From Styela clava (lineage: Eukaryota), in assembly GCF_964204865.1 (NCBI RefSeq), contig NC_135260.1, positions 11,656,001 through 11,720,000 on the forward strand: a stretch of 64,000 bases of DNA, read 5' to 3'. This document shows, in pieces, positions 24,901-37,700 of the stretch (position 1 is its first letter; the number at the start of each line of letters is the position of its first letter). The notes under the pieces were generated by a model. It was not told the origin of the DNA and made no database searches. It saw nothing but the letters and a program-made list of their open reading frames with translations. The position numbers and the translations under genes were made by a program.

Positions 24901-27900
24901 GCTGCAATTAACCACTACATTGAAGCCGGAGCAACTGAAAAAGCAGTTGAGGCTGCTATAGGAGCAAGACAATTTCGAAAAGCTATTGTTATTTTGGAAG
25001 GACAAGACCCAGCAATGGCTGCGAAATTCTACCACAAGATTGGAAAATATTATGCACAATCACAGGATCAAGCCACAGCAGCTCAGCTTTTCATGAAAGC
25101 AGGGTCAAGAAAGGAGGCTGTGGATCTACTTCTAGCATCGGAGAAATGGGAAGAAGCATATGCTCTTGCACAAACATGCATGAAGCCTGAGGAAATTACA
25201 ATGCTGTATATTAACAGTGCACAACAACAAGAGGCAAAGGGCAAATACAAAGAAGCGGAACGATTATATGTAACTGTGGATGAACCAGATCTGGCTATAA
25301 CAATGCACAAGAAATTACGAAGATATGATGATATGATTAAACTGGTCGAACAATATCACTCAGACCTATTACAGGTAATTTTCATTTAGTTTGTAACTCT
25401 GAAATATTCAGATAATAACTCACACTGATAAGTTAAGAACATGGGTTATAGGTTTAGACAGGGCTATGAAGTCGAGGATGATTTACAATCAATTCCAGCC
25501 TCTGATATCGTAATTTAATTAACAGCCGTTATAAATTGTCGGTCAGCGATCAAGGGGCCGCAATTTCAAACTTTGCCATGGGCACCACTTTACAAAGATA
25601 TGCCACTGAGTACACTGATAATAATTAACACTTAGCTTTTTCTCTTTTTTATGCAGGACACCCATATTCATCTTGCTAAAGAATTAGAAGGAGAGAATTC
25701 ATTGCGTCGTGCTGAACATCATTATGTTGAAGGTGGTGATTGGAAGGCTGCTGTGAATATGTATCGACAGAAAGATATGTGGGAAGATGCTTACAGGTGC
25801 TTGCTTACAATTTATTCAAATTTCGAAAATGGAGATTCAATATCGATAGTTCCTGTGCGATTAGATTTTTGTCAAGCATTAGTCATAGATGTATTTATGG
25901 TTTGTGAATAAGACTTCATGTAGCAAAGCCCATACACTGAGGGGCCAGTGGGCTTGAAATTTAGAAATCTAACATGCATTCGTAATTATCATTGTCCCAT
26001 CATATATCATTGCATGATCAAATGCGGTGTATGTACTCGCAACAGAGCATACTAGCAGGTTCGAGACCCATACTGACCAATTACAATATATGCGAGAGGA
26101 CTCCTCACTGCTGTAGGGCGGTTTATGTCATAACCACTGTTCGGTTACAGCTTCCTCCACCATTAAGTCAATGCATCTGAAATAAATAACTGGCTAATTA
26201 ATCAAATACCCAACATCATCAACATCAACTGGTAACTGGACGAGAGACGGTGGTACACCAAATAAGTAAGCCATCTTATCAACTTTCCCCTTCCCGGCAT
26301 AAAAAAGATATATTATCTTTTCTATTTTGACTTTGAGCACCCAGGACTTAGACTTAGCTTATTTTTTATGATTTCATTTTGATTTCTCATTTTACAGAGT
26401 GGCAAAATCTTCTGGAACACCAACTGCACATAAACAAGTAGCTTATCTGTGGGCAAAATCACTTGGAGGAGATTCCGCTGTAAAATTATTGTCTCGGTTT
26501 GGTCTATTAGAAGCTGCAATCGATTACGCATCAGAAAATTGTTCTTTTGATTTTGCGTTTGATTTGGCAAAGACTGGAATGAAATCAAAAATGGGTGATA
26601 TACATCTGAAAAACGCCATGTTTTTGGAAGATGAGGGAAAATTCCCAGAAGCTGAAAGTGAATTTGTCAAAGCAGAGAAACCAAAAGAAGCTGTTCTTAT
26701 GTACGTACACAACCAAGATTGGGATAATGCTCAGAGAGTTGCACAAAAACACGATCCTGGTTCTGTAAACGATGTATTAATTGGACAAGCTCGCGTTGCT
26801 TTCGAAGCAAAAGATTTCCAACGAGCGGAAGCATTTTTACTCCGTGCTCAGCGCGCTGACTTAGCTGTGAAGTATTACAAAGATGCTGGGATGTGGCAAG
26901 ACGCACTTCGTATTACTAAAGAATATTTGCCAAATAAATTGGCCGCAATGCAAGCCGAATATGATGTTGAGATGGCACACAAAGGTCCAAGTGGCCCTGA
27001 AGGCATCATAAAGCAAGCTTTGGATTGGGAAGGACAAGGGGAATACGCACAAGCAATTTCTTGTTATTGTAAAATAACATCAGACATGACAAGCGATATT
27101 AGAGTTCTGGAAAAGTGTTGGATGAAAGCTGCAGAACTGGCTCTGAAATTTTTAAACCAAGATAAAGCGGTTAGAGTTGTTGAAATCGTTGGTCCGAGAT
27201 TAATTCAAATTCAAAAGCAGAGTAAAGCCGCAGAATTGTACATAAATGTTGATCTGATTAAAGAAGCAATTGATGCTCTTATACAAGGAAGGGATTACCA
27301 AAAAGCAAAACGTGTGGCAAAGGAATTTGCTCCCCAACTTGAATCTTATGTTGATGACAGATACAAGGACCATCTTAAGCATCAGGGCGACACAAAAACA
27401 ATGGCGTCGGTTGATGTTGAAACAGCATTAGACATGTATGTTGAAAGAGGACAATGGGATAAATGTATCGAGACAGCAGAGAAAGCTGGATTCAAGGTAA
27501 TTTAAGTTATCCAAAACAAAAAAGTGAAAATTGTGATTTGGCTGCTGTTGAATGAGAGACATAGTTTGTCTCAAACATTAGGTTTTAAATTCTCAAAACA
27601 ACAAATATTGAAATGGAAATATTTCTACCACATCGAAAATATTCAATTTTGTATGAATCGAAATCTTCTTTTTGTTTTGTGCATCCCTATTTACGCCTCT
27701 CTGAACAAAGCTCTGCATAAGCAATCAAGTAAGGAGCTACTATATATAGTTTGGAAGGTCCATGTTTTTTTGTGATTCGAGCATTCCTTTACACCCTTAG
27801 TGAGATGGTGGGCATGAGATTGGAACTCGATATTTTAATAACACAGACAGTTAGGTCTGACAATTAACCACTAGGCGATTGCCACACAAATCTCTTTTTT

Positions 27901-30900
27901 TATAATACTGTGAAGTTTGCTTTTATGATATGTTAAGATGTCGATGATGTTTACTACTCAGGTTCTACATAAGTATGTTGCGATGTACGCTGCAAATTTG
28001 ATAAAAGAGAACAGTACATTGGAAGCAATGGAATTGTATGTGCAACATGGAGCTCCAGCTAACCCACAAAATTTTAACATATATAAGCGAGTAGTTCAAG
28101 ATGTCTTTGCATATCCAGACTCAGGAGCAGAATCATATAAAACATGGGCTAATTTGAGAAATATGTTGTTCAGTTTGTGTAAAAATATGGAATCATCCAA
28201 TGTAAGTATATCAAAACATAAGACATCAAAGAGGAGATTATATAAAAATCATATACATTCAAAATTCAGTGATATTATATTCCCTTTTTTTTGTTTTATA
28301 ACGAAAGTTTTGTGGAATAATTTTCTATGCACTTGGTGGAAATTTTGGTGTTTTTCCGTATCAGCTAACAGCAAATTGTTTTGTTTTGAGAATTCATTCT
28401 GCATAACTCTCAATATTTTGGGAGGTATTATTCATTTTTTCATCTCGGTTTGATCTAATTGGTAGCTTTGATGATTGAAGGTACATAGCTAAGAAAAATA
28501 GGATGAGTTTGATATAAACCGATTTGAGTGTTATTTAAATTATGTACTGGTGTTCATAAAGATTACAAAGTGGTTTAATTACATCATATATAGTTTATTG
28601 AGCCGTACAGGTATATTGAATGAGATAAAAAACTCAAACAACACTGAAAAAAATGAAACAAAAAAGGGTTGAGATATATTGAGAACTGACTTTGTATCAA
28701 AATTGAAATTATGAAGACTATTATAATGCCATTGGAGTAAACGCTTTGAGTGACTTCATTTTGTGATGCTCCATATCATATTGAACAACAAATTGTTCAC
28801 AGTGAAAAAGTCATCTACATATTAGTTGTACAACTACTTCATAACTCTATTTTGCAGGAGAATGGTACACCTGATCATCAGGGCTTTGAAACTCAGTTGC
28901 AAATAGCACATTATTATTCTGTGAGATCTGCTTGTGGAAATCAAAACACACTTTCAGAAATTGCTGCAAAAATATCAACATCGTTATTGCGATATACAAC
29001 CTTAATTCCAGCAGATAAAGCATTTTATGAGGTAAGTATAGGCATAATATTGAAGGTTATTCATACAATCTTAAAATATTTGATTTTCGAGTGAGAATTT
29101 ATTCGATACCATATATATAGTTACGGACTTACCGTATTATCCTCGCATATAGGCCGATCTCGCGTATGAGCCAACCCCCTAAAACAAAGAATTTAGAAAA
29201 TTTTGCATATAAGCCGACGCTACAAAACCGCAAGCGATCATGTGTATGACAACCAATCGCAGACTGTTATCACTGTCATAACATATCAAGCACTGCTTTG
29301 CGTGTTGGAAGGCACAGGGTGTAGCCGGGGGTTCTGAATTTATATTTGTCAAGTTAGGTCAAAACAGCTGGCGGGTCCGGCCAAATGCCAGAAAACGTGT
29401 GGTTTCATGAGTCTTGAGGGTCTAAAAATCGTTTCAATCTACAATTCCCCTGGCTACGGTGATAATTAAATTTAAATTGTAACAAGACTTTTTGTATATG
29501 TAGGATTTTAAAAATCAGCAATCATATTTATTTTAGGCTGGAGCCTATTGTCGCGCTGTCGAGTGGAACAATATGGCATTTGTGTTTTGGAATCGATACC
29601 TTGATTTGTCAGAAGCAATAGAGGAAGGATCATTGGACATGATGGATAATGCTGATTTCCAAGACACCGATGTCCCATTTGAAGTTCCTCTACCTGAAAA
29701 ACATTTCTTGACTGAGGACAAAAGAGAAGAAGTTCGAGAATGGGTTCTTGCTGTTTCTATGGATCAAAAGTAAGACGTGATAATCAGTTGGGCACAATGA
29801 TGCCTCTTAAGTCATTTTATGTTTCATATCCAGAGATGTTCAAAACGAATCGAATTTGACATAATAAATTTTTGAATTTAGAACATTTTTATTTAAAAAT
29901 CAGGGGGAAGGTGGGGTTTGACCCACAAACTACCCCCCTGCGTCACACAAGCATATAATAAATGCAATATCTCAACTGGTAACAAACCCTCAGTTACGTC
30001 GTTTTAGATGTGATCAACATGAAGATAATGATTTATGTAATTTTCCACATTAACTTATGAAATCGATAATCTTTATTCAAAAATATTTTCTCAGAATGTA
30101 TTCGAAATAGTGAAATATTCAATTTTGGCCATCCCTGATCATAACTAATGCTGTAGAAGCTGAAAATGCCGTATACATCCGACTCTTGAGCCAGTTCAAA
30201 AACGGCTCTAACTAACCATTGCGACAATTATCAAAAGTATATAAGACTTTGACAAAATTTTTGTGATTATTCTTCTCTGCTTTTTCGCAAATGGTATCTG
30301 AACTAGTCGCACAATTTTTTCTCATTACCGGTTACGATTGAATAGCTTAGGCACCGTAACCGCAACTAAGCTTTTCAATCGAACTCTGCCTTTAAGAATC
30401 AAAAAAATTGGATGCATTATAAATCTACTATATTCATTTAATACAGAGTGGAACAAGAACTTCCAGTTGACGAACGAGACACGTATGTTGCCAATTTAAT
30501 CGCACATACCACTAATATGAAATCACTACCATGTATTATATCTGGATATCCAGTGTTGAGAAATAAAGTTGAATTTAAAGTCAAAGGAAAATCAGCAAAT
30601 GCAGAAGATTGGCAGAAATTTAATATGGCAGGTAAGCTTTTAAAAAGCCGTTTTGCAGAATTTTTATTTTCAACAATTATTTTAGTCCAAAGGGCAGTCA
30701 AAGAAAGTCATTTAAAAATTAGCCCAGGTCCTGGCGAGATGGAATTTTGAATCCAAGGTGAAGTTAATTTTGACCACAGAAACGTATAAACACAAAAATT
30801 TATTCGTCTGCTGATAATTTATAGTAAACTTGTTATATTTTGAGTTTCTGTATGAGATTTTGAATTGTTTTATCACCATTTATAAGGTGTGAAATTCTGA

Positions 30901-31300
30901 CTGCTGGTAAAATTTTAGACTCCGAAGAGTTTGAAAATACAAGCTAAATTTTGCTTAACATCGATTACTGCCAATAAAAGTCTTATATCTTCAAAGCATC
31001 CAAATTTCTACTTCTGCTCTAACGATGAGTTTAAAACAGGGCTTCGATATCAATAACTACTACATGCTAAACTCATACTCACAGCTCGGTCAAAAGAGGA
31101 AACGCTCTAACTTTTTGATAAACAAAACTGCATTTAAATGTATAAGCAAGATTGTTATTCAAACAGCATTTATATTAATATGATTTGTTTTATCATCAGC
31201 AAAAATATCTCCATCATATGAAATTCACGACGTTCTGACGTTCATTCAACAATACTGTGGGAATGCACCTGCTGTTGCTTCAGCATATGGATACCAGTAA
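21948..31300 (+). CDS. IFT172: Intraflagellar transport protein 172. Exons 21948-22732, 23064-25374, 25657-25796, 26398-27496, 27962-28201, 28858-29031, 29537-29769, 30447-30631, 31200-31300 (5268 nt, 1755 aa)
   Basis: N-terminus [10 protein letters not shown]...RRDKFSTKP...[10 protein letters not shown] (WD40), [31 protein letters not shown]/alpha-solenoid, C-terminal [18 protein letters not shown]...[15 protein letters not shown]...CIISGYPV...[15 protein letters not shown] junctions keep the frame. Confidence 0.97.
26050..26310 (+). mobile_element. Degraded copy of the tRNA-derived SINE in IFT172 intron 3
   Basis: B box-like ggttcgagacc, body gagaggactcctc...cggttacagcttcctccacc, and a tail remnant taagccatcttatcaactttcccc. 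Confidence 0.7.
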
Positions 31301-32200
31301 ACAACTGAGATGATAAATAGAACATTGGCTGTTTTTGTGAAAGACTGGATTCAAATATTGACAGTTCCATTCGTTTATTATTATCAATGTTGCACGTCTT
31401 CAATTGTTCATATATTGTTACTGTGTTTAGTCTATTTTGTTACAAAAATAATATAGATTTATTTAGAGATCTATTTGTTTGGTTGTTGTTTTTAATTATT
31501 GGGTGTTCTTGGAATAGAAGAGATTAGAGTGGCCTTTTCTTAACTCAACAGAGTGAATAGTTCCAAATTTTGATAGCCAGTTCATGATAAAGAATTTTCC
31601 AATCCTCATGCATTGAGAGAGAGAGATAATAAGTTCTAAATTTACTCAATGCCATGATAATTTCATAAATAATTTGCACCAATTCATTGAAAACGACATG
31701 AACCTGCTCAATAGGTATCTGATGTCCATACTGCAAAACTTCTGAGAACTGCAGAAAACAATCTTAAACAGTTCATGTCAAATATACAATGTATGATATA
31801 CAATGAAATGTACATGTTTATTTTTCAGACCTGTGCCGTTTTTAAATATTCCATATGGGAGATTATTATTTAAAGAATTATTCAAAATATATCATTGATC
31901 ATTCCCGACATGGTTTATCAAACTGGGCCCTCCACCTTCTTAGGGAGCCACGAACAAAGGCGTTCACTTGGTACCATTCCCCATGACTACATTAGTTTAA
32001 AGTTGAACAACTCTTTGTTGAGTAATTCTTTGACTGTGATGCATTGGTTCTCATTTGATAGATTCTTTTTGCCAGAAGTGGTGCATAAAATAACTGATTA
32101 TACGAAGATAATAGAAGCCAAGCTAGGTATTTTTATTGACAAGCGGGGGCTACAAGAGTTTTTAGGGCCATGAAAGTTTTGAGGGTAATACCTTCTTTCA

Positions 32201-32525
32201 TCGGGGTGTGCAACAGGCGGGCCACAACCTGGTCCGCCAAGCCATTTAGGGTGGCCCTTGTCAACACTTAGATTTTTCCATCAATCTTAAATCTGACAGT
32301 CTATGATTAATAATTCGCTCACACAGGTAAAAATACATATTATTTGCTCTTGTCGGCGTTAAATCTTTTGCTGTTTCGCCCAGTGTCTTTTTTCATTGCC
32401 AGGCAAAGCAGTATCCTATCCGCAGGATCTTCTCTGGAGGAAAAACTGAACATTTTGTGTGGCCTTGCTAGATGTCTGAAGGTTATATGGCCCATCGATC
32501 TACTTAAAAATGTTGCTCACCCCTG
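32201..32525. mobile_element. Degraded hAT-type MITE
   Basis: GGGGTGTGCAAC / GTTGCTCACCCCTG ends with GGCCC subterminal motifs; flanks ttctttca/ttctaaca (6/8). Confidence 0.55.
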
Positions 32526-33194
32526 TTCTAACAATTTCAGTCTTTCATTGCCATGGAACACATTCTTTATGACTTTTTCGCTTTACTCCTGTACAGATTA
32601 CACTAGTGGTTGGTTGGTTCCCAAGCTTTTTCGACAAATTGCTCCCTTTGGCTATTTTAGATAGCTTTAATCCTTCCTCACTACGCATAAAAATTCTGTT
32701 TCTGCTATTTGTTCAATCTTTAATGGATCCTTATTTAGCTAGTGCCAAACACAACTCGCACTCGGGCGTTGGCACAGTTTGAATATCTTATAAATAATAT
32801 ATCCATGAATTCGTATTACAATAATACTAAATGCAGAAAAAAAATTTTGAACAATAAAATTCAAAAAAGACCAACAAACATCTTTCCCGAACCAGAATAT
32901 ATTTTCAGAAAAACCTCGTTTAGAACAATAAATGACATCTTGCATAAATCGGAACAAGATTGAAAAAATCACACAAGAGATCACAAGAATTAGAGAATAA
33001 AAGGAGTGAATTAGGATATCACACATCGAAAATATTTGTCCATGACATATCTGCCAACACCGAAATTACTTTTAACATGCAAGAAAAAATAATAAAAAAA
33101 TCTATTTTATTTAAGTCAATAATAGAAATCAGATATTCCTGAAGGTAGATCACAAGCCATGATAGTACTAGGATTTTTGCATTTTAAATCTACA

Positions 33195-33285
33195 TGCAAT
33201 TCAAGAGTCCTACTGCACACTAACACAAACGTATTTCTTGTTACAGAAATACATGTGTTAGTGTGCAGCCAACTCTTGGATTGCA
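33195..33285. repeat. 91-nt near-perfect inverted repeat (hairpin)
   Basis: TGCAATTCAAGAGT..CTGCACACTAACACA..GTATTTCT, loop TGTTAC, then AGAAATAC.TGTGTTAGTGTGCAG..ACTCTTGGATTGCA. Confidence 0.85.
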
Positions 33286-33420
33286 CGGGATAGTCATGTT
33301 TATTTCTGCTACAGCATCTTCGTATTATACGAATCCACTAACATACAGGAAGGATAGGGAGTTAGTCTCGCGCAACCCAATTCACAAATAAATATACATG
33401 CTCGGATACGAAGTGAACCT

Positions 33421-33515
33421 AGAGAATATTTCACTAAATTGTTGTTCTTTTTGGAGTGTTTGTTGTTCAGAGAATATTTCACTAAATTGTTGTTCTTTTT
33501 GGAGTGTTTGTTGTT
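33421..33515. repeat. Tandem duplication, 48-bp unit x2
   Basis: agagaatatttcactaaattgttgttctttttggagtgtttgttgtt starts at 33421 and again at 33469. Confidence 0.95.
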
Positions 33516-34784
33516 GTCGTGAAAAAATCCGTTTCTCCGCAACAAATAGACCAATCATTACAAATTTTCAGGACTTTTAAGTAGTAGTTTTTAAAATGCT
33601 AATTTATTTTTTCTAATTTTTCACACAGATTCACATCATAGATTATCACTCTTGTCTTTGAATTATTTCCGCATCCTAAGACTCACATATTTAAAAATCT
33701 CATAATTATATACAAATAAAATGACAGTGTAGAGAAGCAAAAAATATAAATTTTAAATTTTTAGTATATTTTTGATTTTTTCGTTCAAACGCCAGCCACC
33801 ACCTTCGAAATATTTATCATATTCAGCCACTGAAATTTTGTTGCATGAAAGCATATCACCTGCGTATCCGGAAAAAAATGACTGAAATTGCATTACATAA
33901 AAAAAATAGAATTGCATTCAAAAATCAATGAAGGATTGCCCATATTTCAGAATATATTTTCCACCTACTATTTTCAGTTAATATTGTTCAAAAAACAGGA
34001 CTTATTTAGGCCAAATGCTTGGTACATAGATACTTTGTATGTAGGTACTCTATAGGTATGGTTACAAATACATTCCTTTTGTAAGTGTTAAAACAAAAAA
34101 CTGATTTTGATAATTTGTTTACGTCATAAAGATGCATATGCCAGTCTATGGTGACTTAACCATGACAATTAAACGCTTTCTGTTAACCAGCTAGACTTCA
34201 AATGGATGACATGCACACAATACACCAATTTGGTAGTACATATGACAAATAGATGGAAAGTCATTCCCACATATGATATAAATAAAAATCAATTAAACAA
34301 TAGTATTTGCCCATTTGTAAAATACTTTGGTAGTAAGGAGAAAAATCAAAGTAAATAAAAAGATGGCCTGACATTATGACAAATTTACAATTTTTTTACC
34401 AGTGACATTTCAAGTTGAGGAACAATTGTTATTAATTTAGCTTTTGAGTGAAGGCACTATGAGGTCAAGTTTGCTCCAAAAAAGATAAGGTAGAACAATA
34501 TGACAAGACAAGTTCCAGCTGCGCAAACAAAATCTATGAGTAGTGAAAATTGGCCAATCTCAGTTTCATAAATACTGCAAAACTTGTTTTCTCATTGAAA
34601 AATGTGGTTGGCAAGACGGTGGTCTGCAAATTATTATTAATAGAGTAGGAAATATTCTCTGTAGGACATAAAGGTCATCAAACTTCGCAAGTTTATTAAA
34701 ACCTGCAGAAAAGTAGAAAGAAAAAAGCAGCAAAATTTCCTTGTGGCTGACTGAATATTATTACCGTAGTTATTGTCCATGGTG

Positions 34785-37700
34785 CTATAATTTTGGTGAC
34801 CTTACATGACCTTCCGTATCTTCTTGATTGTCTTCATCAAAAGTACTTAACGACGTAAATCCATTATCACCCCTTTTCCAAACTAAGTTATAATTATTAT
34901 GAAGAGTTTTTTGTTTTTTGACCTCATTGTTCAAGGCCGATTCCCCTGCCTGAGAAAGATAAAAAAAAAATATATATAAAGACACTAAATAACCTATATT
35001 CTATGTACTATGTATGTGTACTATATTCTATGTATGTATTCACATTTCACAGTACACTACTGGTACCGCAGTGTTCACGACCTCGCCTGAACACCAGGCA
35101 TGAGTTTGCAAGATCAAAACGAAGACAGTCGTCATAATGTCATAAAAATGTGGAGAAGGTCGTCATGGTGTAATCAAAACATGTTCCCATGAATAAAAAT
35201 GAAACAGTGGACATTTGGATGGAATATCATATCTTACAAGAAATTTACGAACAAATAAAAAAAAAAGCCTTCTTAGTGACAACAACAATCTCTAATCACT
35301 GTAAATGTTAAAGCAATTGGTTCAGTTATTACGACAGCTACGTCATATATCGGTCTGCAGATTCTAATAAATTTATGAGCATTTTTTGTTTTTATGCATT
35401 AAAAGTGAGGTCGTTCGAGAACCAAAAAGAAATTTTTAGTTGTTGTAATTAGCCCGTGGGCCGCAGTTTGCCAACCTCTGAAATAGTGTTTTTATATCTT
35501 CCAGAATAAAAGTACAGTTTCTAAAATTTGCCATAAGCCACATTAAAATTTTTAAATCAAATTTTAGAAATGATAACAGAAATTTAGAATGTTAATTCTT
35601 TGGATTAGGAACTTCCCAATTTGCTATAACTTAGATAGATGAATTTAGAATCAAAATAGAACTCACCACAAGTTCAAGTAACATATCTCGAAACTTCTCT
35701 CCTTCTTCTGTACTTAATGTAATAACGTCACCCAATTTATCATGGCTTGTAACGACTCTGATTTCAATATGATTATCTGAAAAAAAAAATTAGATTGAAG
35801 ATAGAAGGAACCCAAAACAAATTGACTGAAAAAGGAAAACCCATGATGTTATAAATAACAATACTGAACCGGAAAGATTCAAATACCCCGAAAAATAATT
35901 GCTCAAATAAAGTGACTGTCTTGTTTGGAGCAAGGATGTGAGAGGGAACATAATGAAAACGTACTTGAACACACTTGAAAATGATATTTTTTGGACCAGA
36001 TAATAAAAATTTCAATGGAAATCGAATTAACAAAAACTAACAACTTTATCAGTTCAATATCATATAAATATAAATGTATGGATTCTATGTCCATGTAATA
36101 ACAACATAAATCAGCGGTTCCCAAACTATGGGTCGCACCCACTGGTGGGTCGCCAAAGGAATCTTAGTGGGTCGTGAAAAGATGTGGAAAGCTTCGATTA
36201 ATTATACTGGGTATTAGGATCGGTGCTGACTCGAATACGTAAATCTTCAAAAAATAAAAATAAAATTGAATTTAAATTCTAATCTCTGAAAGTTTCCTTT
36301 TCACGAACTTCTCAGAGGAACAAAATTTGCTACACAAAGAATGACCATGTGAATTTTCACGCATAGCAGTTTTGTACACTGTACAGCACTTCTTACAGTG
36401 TTTCCCCGAAATTTAGACAGGATTTAGATTTATTTTGAAGAATAACACTAGTTTTCTGTGGAAGAGACCTTTTGGGTTCTTTATCAAAAATATAATTTCA
36501 TTGTAGAAAATCACGAGATTTTTTAATGAACATAATCATTTTAAAAATTCGAATTAGATCTTTTTTTCAAGCCAGGTTTATTTTCGAGGAAACACGGTAG
36601 TTTTGCGATGATTAGCCATTGCTGTGTTCTGTGTAATGTCAATTTGTTTCCTCCATCAATGTTTTATTAAGTTATTAAAGGTAAATGGGTCGCCATAAGC
36701 TGTGGTAATAAATAGTAGGTCGCAACTCTAAAAAGTTTGGGAACCACTGTACATGGATAAATCAAATAGATTACAATATAATATTTATGAATTTCTCATA
36801 ATTTAAATTAAAAATACTCATATAATTACTGAAAAATTTCTATTTCGGAAATTTCCATTTATGGAAAATTTTTTCCAGGAAGTATTCAATTCAAACCAAA
36901 TTCAACCCTAGCCTCCACAAAAAAATTTTTTGATAGATATTTTTCGAACACCCACGCATGTGGATAGTGATAAATTTTGAGATACCTTCAGATTCAAAGC
37001 CAGCCTCTTCAAGGCTTTTTCCTATATCTTCTTCAAGTTTCTTCCATGAAGGATCAATATCTTCATCTGTTTCGCTCGCTTTCTCAAGATCATCCAAGTT
37101 GATTTTATGAATTTTCAAATGAACTGAAGGCTTTTTCTTCGGTGTATCTGTTAAAGCAAATATATATATCTTGTGAGCAGCCAGGATTTTTTAAAAGGGG
37201 GGTTCAAATAGAAAATACCCATACAACAGATTTTAAAGTAGTTGCCGCAATTACGCCACTCCTCTAAAAAAGAGTTTTTCAGTGATTTCACTTTTGCATA
37301 TTGAAAAAAGAACTGTGCACATTGATACAGATTACGTGAATGGTATCAAAGAGTTGATATGTAATTATACTTTATAGAAATCATCATAGATCATACCAAT
37401 GTGAGTACGTCGTAATACCCAGTGTTGGGGAGGCATGCGACTCTACTCGAGCCGCCATGGGATTGCTGTTTATCAGAGATTCTCCGAATCTTGAAGTAAA
37501 AATCCTACTACAATCAGTAATTCGTAGCTTATTTTCCCACCATACAGAAAATACACTTCGTACACACAATGGCATTTCAGGGTGAAGGGAGTAAAAACTA
37601 ATATTGGCTATCAAGCAGTGACACCTGTGATAAGCCTAACTGTAATTACCGTAAGGCCTACTAGCATAAACAGAGAAAATCGAACAGTAAATTTTGACAA

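Noticed and set aside
34785-34800. OS9 C-terminal -PKL as a peroxisomal PTS1
   Set aside because: The protein has an N-terminal signal peptide and would be in the ER lumen, so the signal would be inaccessible.
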